Shown piece by piece: positions 57,709 to 64,000 of a stretch of DNA of 64,000 nt. The notes under the pieces are model-generated. The model was not told the DNA's origin. It saw only the letters and a program-made list of their open reading frames with translations, and did not search any database. Origin of the DNA: an uncultured Verrucomicrobiae bacterium (GTDB lineage: Bacteria; Verrucomicrobiota; Verrucomicrobiia; Limisphaerales; Palsa-1400); contig CAVPOM010000016.1 of assembly GCA_963707025.1 (NCBI GenBank), positions 64,001 to 128,000 of the forward strand, in the 5' to 3' direction. A program made the position numbers and the translations under genes. Position 1 is the stretch's first letter. The number at the start of each line of letters is the position of its first letter.

Positions 57709-59265
57709 TTATTTCATGAGCCGGTATTCCATGCTGTCAATCAGGGCCTGCAGGCTGGCTTCGATGATGTTCTCGCTCACGCCCACCGTGCCCCATTCCT
57801 CCTTGCCGTCGCTGGACTGGATGAGGACGCGCGTCCTGGCGGCCGTGCCGGTGGTCGAATCGAGAATGCGCACCTTGTAATCGGTCAATAATATTTTTTT
57901 GACTTGCGGATAGAAATTGGCCAGGGCCGCCCGCAGGGCCGAGTCCAGCGCGTTGACCGGCCCGTCCCCGTCCGCCACGGTGTGGGCCTCGCGGTCCTCC
58001 ACCCGGACCTTGATGGTGGCTTCGCAGACCGAGCCTCCCTCCTCGCGCCGCATGGAAACATGGTAGCCATGCACGACAAAGGGCGCCGCCTGGGGATGGA
58101 GGGCTTTGCGGAGCAACACCGCCAGTGAACCGCCCGCCGCCTCAAATTCGTACCCTTCGTGCTCCAGTTTTTTCAGGCGGGCCAGCAATTCCTTCAGCTC
58201 CGGGGCGTCCTGGCCCAGCTTGATCCCCAGTTCCTGGGCCTTCATGACGATGTTGCTGCGCCCCGCCAGGTCGCTGACCAGGACGCGGCGCACATTGCCC
58301 ACGCAAGCCGGGTCAATGTGTTCGTAACTTCTGGCCACTTTTTGCACCGCGTTGACGTGGATGCCGCCTTTGTGGGAAAAGGCCGCCGAGCCGACCCAGG
58401 GCTGGCGCGGGCTGTGCCGGAAATTGGCCATGGCGTCCACATACTGCGACAGATCGCGCAATTGCCGCAGCGACGAGGCCGGCACACAACTCTTGCCCAG
58501 CTTGAAGGCCAGGGTGGGAATGACACTGGTTAAATTGCAATTGCCCGTCCGCTCCCCATAGCCATTGATGGTGCCTTGCACGTGGGTGGCCCCCGCCTCC
58601 AGCGCCGCCAGCGCATTGGCCACGCCCAAGCCGATGTCATCGTGGGTGTGGATGCCGATGGCGCCGGTGAGTTTGGCCCGCGCCGCCGCCGTGATGCGCC
58701 CGATCTCCCCCGGCAACGATCCCCCGTTGGTGTCGCACAGCGCCACCAGGTCCGCCCCGCCCGCCTCGGCCGCCTGCCAGGTGGCCAGCGCGTAGGCCGG
58801 ATTATCCTTGAAACCGTCAAAAGCATGTTCCGCGTCGTACACCACAAATTTGCCGTGCTCTTTGAGAAAGCGCATCGTGTCGGCGATCATGGCCAGATTC
58901 TCCTCCGGGGTGGTGCGCAAAACCTCCTTGACATGCAGGAGCCAGGTTTTCCCAACGATCGTCACCACCGGGGTCTCCGCCTCCAGCAGCAGCCGCACCT
59001 GCTCATCCGCCGCCGCCACCACCCCTTTGCGCCGGGTCGCGCCGAAGGCGGCCAGCCTGGCCCGCTTGAACTTCCGCCGTTTGGCCAGCTCAAAAAACTC
59101 AATGTCCTTGGGATTGGACCCCGGCCAGCCGCCCTCGATAAAATGCATGCCAAAAGCGTCCAGTCTTTCCGCGATGCGCAGCTTGTCCATCACGGAAAAA
59201 TTGACTCCTTCGCCCTGGCTGCCATCGCGCAGGGTCGTGTCGTATATTTCCACATCAGGTTTCAT
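57709..59265 (-). CDS. cimA: Citramalate synthase
   Basis: DTTLRDG.QGEG, IEGGWPGSNPKD, YDAEH.FDG, AFSHKGG.H and GDGPVNALD motifs. Confidence 0.92.
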   Translation of the reverse strand: MKPDVEIYDTTLRDGSQGEGVNFSVMDKLRIAERLDAFGMHFIEGGWPGSNPKDIEFFELAKRRKFKRARLAAFGATRRKGVVAAADEQVRLLLEAETPVVTIVGKTWLLHVKEVLRTTPEENLAMIADTMRFLKEHGKFVVYDAEHAFDGFKDNPAYALATWQAAEAGGADLVALCDTNGGSLPGEIGRITAAARAKLTGAIGIHTHDDIGLGVANALAALEAGATHVQGTINGYGERTGNCNLTSVIPTLAFKLGKSCVPASSLRQLRDLSQYVDAMANFRHSPRQPWVGSAAFSHKGGIHVNAVQKVARSYEHIDPACVGNVRRVLVSDLAGRSNIVMKAQELGIKLGQDAPELKELLARLKKLEHEGYEFEAAGGSLAVLLRKALHPQAAPFVVHGYHVSMRREEGGSVCEATIKVRVEDREAHTVADGDGPVNALDSALRAALANFYPQVKKILLTDYKVRILDSTTGTAARTRVLIQSSDGKEEWGTVGVSENIIEASLQALIDSMEYRLMK

Positions 59266-59440
59266 AAAACCGGCCGGCTTGCCGTCACGGGCGCGGAAAG
59301 ATCGAGCCGGACGCTGCTTTTTACGTCAGCGCGGCCGCTTTTGCAAAGCCCAAGTGGCGGGCCGCGACAGCCGAGGCAGTTAAACCCGGCCGAAAAAGCC
59401 ATCCCCCGGCCTCCCGGGCAGGCCGGACCGGTCGGCCGGT

Positions 59441-61045
59441 TCAGTTGCCGCCAGGCTGGCCTTTTACGTCAATAATAGATTTTGGGCGGAGGAGATAGGT
59501 CAGGGCTTTGACGGCCAGTTCCATCATCAGGAACGGCTTGGCAATGAGGTCGTTGGCCCCGGCCAGGGAGGACTGGGCGCGCACTTCAAAGTTGGTCAGG
59601 CTGGTGACGAAGATGACAGGGGTGGCCTTGTTGGTGGCCGTTTTGCGCAGCTCGGCGCAGAGTTCAAAGCCGTTCATCTCCGGCATTTCGGCATCGAGAA
59701 AGACCAGGTCAAATTGGTTTTCGGCCAAAATGGTCATGGCCATTCTGGGTGCTTCAATGCAGATGCAGCGCAGGTTGGCCTTGGCCAGCGCCACCGAAAT
59801 AGTGCGGCGCGAAATCGGTTCGTCGTCCACCGCCAGAATGAGGAGCGATTGGGGGATTTCCTGCCCGCCCTGGTTGATGTCGCGAAACAGGACGTTCAGG
59901 CAATCGGAGGCGTGGGCAATGGTGCGCAGGACCGAGCTGGTCATTTGCCGGGGCTTCTTTTGCAGGTCTTTGATCAGCGCTTCCATCGCCCCGGCCAGGT
60001 GGGCGATCCGGCTGAAACCGGTGACGCCGGCCAGGCCAACCAGGGATGAAATGGAGGTGCTGAATCCCTGCAACAGGGTCAGTTGTTCGGTGGTGCTTTT
60101 GCTCCGCACCAAAGCGCCCACCCGCTCGCGCAGGTCCATCTGGATTTGCGGGACGCGCTTGAGAAACTCCTGCCGGATTTCCAGGCGAAAAGAGGAGGTG
60201 GCGTCGGAGCCAAAAATCGGCGCCGCCGGCTCCCGGCTTTCCTCCTCCGGCGCGGCCGGTTCCGGCGCCTGCGGCGGAGCTGGCGCGGCCGCGGCGGGCG
60301 CCGTTGAAAGCTTTGGCGCCCCCGGCAAACGCACCCCGGAAAACACCGGCGTCGGTGTCGGGGCCGGCACACTGGGACTGGTGGCCGCGGGCGCCGGCGG
60401 GGGCATCTTGATGAGCGGGGCGGTGAAAGGCATCTTTTCCCGCGCGGCCGGCGCGGGGGCGGAGCCGGCGAATTTTGGCGGGGAAGGCGGAATGACCAGC
60501 CTGGGCAACGAAGCCACAGCGGGAGGCGAGGAAAGAGGAGAGGGGGCCGAGGGCGCCGGCGGAGGAGGAGGAGCCGGGACCGGGGCGGGCGTGGGAATGG
60601 CCGCCGCCGGCCTGGGCGGCGGCATGCTGACGGGCGTGGCCGAGTTGCCCAAAGGCTGGGGATAGAGGCCGATGATTTCCCCGCTAAATATCTGCTCGAC
60701 AATTTCCAGGGCCAGATTGGGCGTGCAATCCATTTTGGAAACGCACTTGTTGGCGCCGGCGTCGAAGGCTTCCTTGATCAGATCAGGACGATAAAAGCTG
60801 GAAAGAACGACGATGGGGACAATCCTGAATTCGGGCATGGCCCGAATCTGGCGGATCAGATCCGTGCCGCTCATGCTGGGCAGGGTGAGATCCATCTGGA
60901 TCAAATTGGGCCGGAAAGCGGGCAAGGTGTCCAACGCGGCCGGCCCGTCATCCACCGCCTCCACCACGAAGCCCGACAAGTCAAACTTGCGCCGATAAAT
61001 GCCCCGCAAAATGGGATCGTTCTCGACAATCAAAATTTTCTTCAT
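59441..61045 (-). CDS. Response regulator: REC - Pro-rich linker - Hpt-like helical bundle - REC
   Basis: Two receiver domains (ILIVEND / ILAVDDE...FLD.EMP.MNG...KPF) flanking the helical segment SSLVGLAG..GF..IA.LA..ME. Confidence 0.82.
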   Translation of the reverse strand: MKKILIVENDPILRGIYRRKFDLSGFVVEAVDDGPAALDTLPAFRPNLIQMDLTLPSMSGTDLIRQIRAMPEFRIVPIVVLSSFYRPDLIKEAFDAGANKCVSKMDCTPNLALEIVEQIFSGEIIGLYPQPLGNSATPVSMPPPRPAAAIPTPAPVPAPPPPPAPSAPSPLSSPPAVASLPRLVIPPSPPKFAGSAPAPAAREKMPFTAPLIKMPPPAPAATSPSVPAPTPTPVFSGVRLPGAPKLSTAPAAAAPAPPQAPEPAAPEEESREPAAPIFGSDATSSFRLEIRQEFLKRVPQIQMDLRERVGALVRSKSTTEQLTLLQGFSTSISSLVGLAGVTGFSRIAHLAGAMEALIKDLQKKPRQMTSSVLRTIAHASDCLNVLFRDINQGGQEIPQSLLILAVDDEPISRRTISVALAKANLRCICIEAPRMAMTILAENQFDLVFLDAEMPEMNGFELCAELRKTATNKATPVIFVTSLTNFEVRAQSSLAGANDLIAKPFLMMELAVKALTYLLRPKSIIDVKGQPGGN

Positions 61046-61248
61046 GCAAAGCCTTCAGGCCTCGTCCCCGCGGGCGGCATTAAAACACGTCATCGTCATC
61101 GGACGGTTGCATCCTACATGGTCCCCGCCGGGAAACCAGCAAAAAGTAATGCCGAGGCCGGCCCGGTCCGATGGGAACGCGCGCAGGGGACGCGCGAGGG
61201 GAATGCGTCCTTGCCAGAAGGGCGCGAAAGGGGTATCCATTAGCTGAC

Positions 61249-61737
61249 ATGGCAACGGTTGGCGAACAATTAAAGGCGGCGCGCGAAGCGCAACGGCTCA
61301 CGGTCACACAGGTCGCGGACATGACCAAGATCCGCAGCGACCATATCCGCGCCATAGATCAGGGCAATTATGATGTTTTTTCCGCGCCGGTTTACATCCG
61401 GGGATTTGTGCGCACTTACGCCACGACCCTGAAACTGGACCCGGCCGCGATCCTGGCCCAACTCAACGCGGAACTGGCGGAAAGCGGGGCCCAGACGCTG
61501 CCGACTTTTCAACCGCCGGCCTCCGGCCTGGTGGACTCCGCCATGTTTCACCTCTCCACCGCGGGCCGGCGGCTGCTGCTGCCCCTGCTCCTGATCGGAT
61601 TGGTGGTGGGCGGGTTGACGGCCGGCATCGTGCTGATGAACCGCCGGGCGGCGCAGCACCCGCTCAACGGGCTGGGTCCGGGCCTTTATCAGGCGGCCGA
61701 TAATGCGGGGGAAACCTTGCCCCTGCCCAAGCACTGA
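61249..61737 (+). CDS. rodZ: RodZ-like XRE-HTH membrane protein
   Basis: G..LK.AREA..LT..QVA..TKIR...I.AI..G and Y.RGFVR.YA..L.LD motifs plus a TM; adjacent to rimO-pgsA. Confidence 0.75.
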   Translation: MATVGEQLKAAREAQRLTVTQVADMTKIRSDHIRAIDQGNYDVFSAPVYIRGFVRTYATTLKLDPAAILAQLNAELAESGAQTLPTFQPPASGLVDSAMFHLSTAGRRLLLPLLLIGLVVGGLTAGIVLMNRRAAQHPLNGLGPGLYQAADNAGETLPLPKH

Positions 61738-61751
61738 CCGGGCGGGCATGC

Positions 61752-63377
61752 ATGACAAAACCCAGCCATCGCCCGGTTCGCGTGGGCTTGATTTCCCTCG
61801 GCTGCGCCAAAAATCTGGCGGACGCCGAGATCATGCTCGGTTCGCTGCTGCAAAGCGGGATGGAAATCACCAATGAAGCCGGGCAGGCCGATGTCGTCAT
61901 CGTCAACACTTGTTCGTTCATTGACGCGGCCCAGAAGGAAAGCGTGGAAGCCATTCTGGAATCCGCCCAGGCGCGCGCCCGAACCCATCCGGCCCAGGGA
62001 TTGATCGTGGCCGGCTGCCTGCCGCAGCGTTTCCGCGACGATCTGCCCAAACTGCTCCCGGAAGTGGACGCTTTCATGGGGGTTGACCAGGTGGCCCAAG
62101 TTTCCGAAATCGTCCGTCAGGCACTGGCCGGACGCCGCGAGAAATTGCGCCGCGCCGGGCCGGGCGCGGCCGGCGCCAATTCTGTCAAGACGATGGCCAA
62201 GCGCCTGGCCGGCCGGGAGGCAAAATCGCCCGCCCCCGCGCCCGGGCCGGTCCTGCAGGTTCATCGGCGCCCCAGCTACATCCCCGACTTCGCCACGCCG
62301 CGTTTTCGCCTGACCCCGCGGCATTTCGCCTACGTCAAAATCGCGGAAGGCTGCAATCACCCGTGCAGCTTTTGCGTCATCCCGCAGATGCGCGGCGCCC
62401 ACCGCAGCCGCCCCCAGGCGGACGTGGTGCGGGAGGCGGCGCAACTTCTGGCCGGCGGCGTCCGGGAGTTGAACCTGATCTCCCAGGACTCCACCTATTA
62501 CGGCCTGGACCTGCGCCCCCATCACAGCCGCGCGATTTCCTCCCCGGCAAAATTCAGCGCCGCCGCGCGCGCCCTGCCGGCCGAAGCGACCAGCCTGTGT
62601 ACTCTGCTGCGGGCTCTCAACGCCCTGCCCGGCGATTTCTGGGTCCGCCTGCTCTACACCCATCCGGCCCATTGGACGGGCGAATTGATCGAGACCATCG
62701 CCCAATGCCCCAAAGTGGCGCGCTACGTGGACCTGCCGCTCCAGCACATCCACGAAAACATGCTGGAGCGGATGCGGCGCGAAACCTCGCGGGAGCATAT
62801 TGTTGACTTGATCGCGAGAATTCGCGCGGGCATCCCCGGCATCGCCCTCCGCACGACCTTTATCGTGGGCTTTCCCGGCGAGACGGAGGCCTGCTTCCAA
62901 GCGCTGCTGGAGTTTATTCGGACGGCGAAGTTCGAGCGTCTCGGCGTCTTCACCTTCTCGCCCCAGGAGGGCACGCGCGCCGGCAAAATGGAGGGGCAAA
63001 TTCCGGCGCGGGTCAGAAAGCAGCGGCAGAAGCTGGCCATGGCCGAACAGCTCAAGGTGGCGCGGGCCATTGCCGCGTCCTGCGTCGGGCGCGAGATGAC
63101 GGTGCTGATCGAAGGCGAGGCCCGGCCGGGCGATGGGCCGGCCGCCAACCTCAGTTCCTGGGAGCACGGGCTGATCCGGTCCTCCTCCGGGCCCGCGGAA
63201 ATGGAAAAACCCGGCCCTGGCGGGCCCAACCGTTTTTTGATCGCGCGCAGCCAGGCGGACGCGCCGGACATTGACGGACGGGTTTATGTGCGGGGCAAAC
63301 TGCCGCTGGGCCAATTCGCCCGCGTCAGGATCATCGGCCACACCGATTACGATTTGATCGCCGAACCGGCCGGGTGA
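61752..63377 (+). CDS. rimO: Ribosomal protein S12 methylthiotransferase
   Basis: SLGCAKN..DAE, VNTCSFI, KIAEGC...CSFC.IP, LRTTFIVGFPGET and DAPDIDG motifs. Confidence 0.95.
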   Translation: MTKPSHRPVRVGLISLGCAKNLADAEIMLGSLLQSGMEITNEAGQADVVIVNTCSFIDAAQKESVEAILESAQARARTHPAQGLIVAGCLPQRFRDDLPKLLPEVDAFMGVDQVAQVSEIVRQALAGRREKLRRAGPGAAGANSVKTMAKRLAGREAKSPAPAPGPVLQVHRRPSYIPDFATPRFRLTPRHFAYVKIAEGCNHPCSFCVIPQMRGAHRSRPQADVVREAAQLLAGGVRELNLISQDSTYYGLDLRPHHSRAISSPAKFSAAARALPAEATSLCTLLRALNALPGDFWVRLLYTHPAHWTGELIETIAQCPKVARYVDLPLQHIHENMLERMRRETSREHIVDLIARIRAGIPGIALRTTFIVGFPGETEACFQALLEFIRTAKFERLGVFTFSPQEGTRAGKMEGQIPARVRKQRQKLAMAEQLKVARAIAASCVGREMTVLIEGEARPGDGPAANLSSWEHGLIRSSSGPAEMEKPGPGGPNRFLIARSQADAPDIDGRVYVRGKLPLGQFARVRIIGHTDYDLIAEPAG

Positions 63378-63447
63378 TGGGATGGCCGAGGGCGCCGCGA
63401 ACAAAGATTTACTTGGCGCGGGGAACCTGTCTTTATAAGGGCGGCCC

Positions 63448-64000
63448 ATGAACGTGCCGAACCAATTAACCGTCTCCCGTTTTGTCCTGACGGCCGCCTT
63501 TTTGGTGGCGGTCTTCGTGGAATTTCCCTTGCATAAGACGGTCTCCCTCCTGCTCTTCGGCGCGGCGAGCCTGACGGATTACTTTGACGGCCGCATCGCC
63601 CGCCGCGACCAACTCATCACCAATTTCGGAATTCTGATGGACCCGCTGGCAGACAAAATCCTGGTTTGCTCGGCGTTCATCGCGTTCGTGGGGTTGGGCT
63701 GGATGCCGGCGTGGATGGCGGTGATTGTGGTGGGGCGGGAACTGGCCATCACGGGCTTGCGCCTGCTGGCGGCCTCCAAAAACCTGGTGCTGGCGGCGGA
63801 ACGATTCGGCAAACACAAAACCATTTCGCAAATAGTCGCCATCCTTGCCATCCTGGCGCGGCACTGCTACGAGGAGGCGGGGCCGGCGGGCACATTCATT
63901 TTTGGCTTCCATCTTTTCGGCCAACCGTGGGTGGAATGGTTCGCGCCCCTGGCCCTGTGGCTGGCGGTGGCGCTGACCCTGGCCTCCGGCGTGATTTATC
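63448..64000 (+). CDS. pgsA: CDP-diacylglycerol--glycerol-3-phosphate 3-phosphatidyltransferase (runs off the window)
   Basis: Manual translation MNVPNQLTVSR...TDYFDG.IARR....T.FG..MDP.ADK. Confidence 0.93.
   Translation, partial: MNVPNQLTVSRFVLTAAFLVAVFVEFPLHKTVSLLLFGAASLTDYFDGRIARRDQLITNFGILMDPLADKILVCSAFIAFVGLGWMPAWMAVIVVGRELAITGLRLLAASKNLVLAAERFGKHKTISQIVAILAILARHCYEEAGPAGTFIFGFHLFGQPWVEWFAPLALWLAVALTLASGVIY

Noticed and set aside
1..64000. CRISPR array
   Set aside because: No series of identical 23-47-bp repeats with unique spacers; the tandem repeats seen are 6-10-bp microsatellite-like

Overview
High-GC bacterial chromosomal window. The gene content (GloVer-like repeat protein, STK-linked ECF sigma factor, cimA-valS, rodZ-rimO-pgsA, intergenic repeat style) suggests Verrucomicrobiota/PVC; this is inference only. 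The first ~20 kb is a mobile-element hotspot with two identical IS4-family copies, two near-identical IS3-family copies and a remnant IS1-family element. The highlight is an intact-ended IS1-family cargo transposon at 10283-15841, with 26-bp imperfect terminal inverted repeats and an 8-bp target duplication CGGGATTG. It carries an AlbA_2/Schlafen-HATPase-wHTH gene, an unannotated 53-aa basic peptide, the transposase, a dCTP-deaminase/dUTPase-fold gene and a small wHTH-like gene. Removing the IS3 copy from the dCTP-deaminase-fold gene reveals a C-terminal transmembrane helix, and the deaminase catalytic Glu is absent: a candidate nucleotide-sensing defence module. The rest of the window holds an ECF-X-STK/NHL cluster, cydAB, lepB, rnd, araA, a Pls/PosA-like NRPS, DUF2950/DUF3300, tRNA-Lys, a PKD/GloVer surface protein, a TIR-flanked HUH (RAYT/TIRYT) transposase, a P-loop-less YchF paralog and housekeeping genes. 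Seven single-base frameshifts in otherwise intact genes suggest sequencing or assembly indel errors rather than true pseudogenes.
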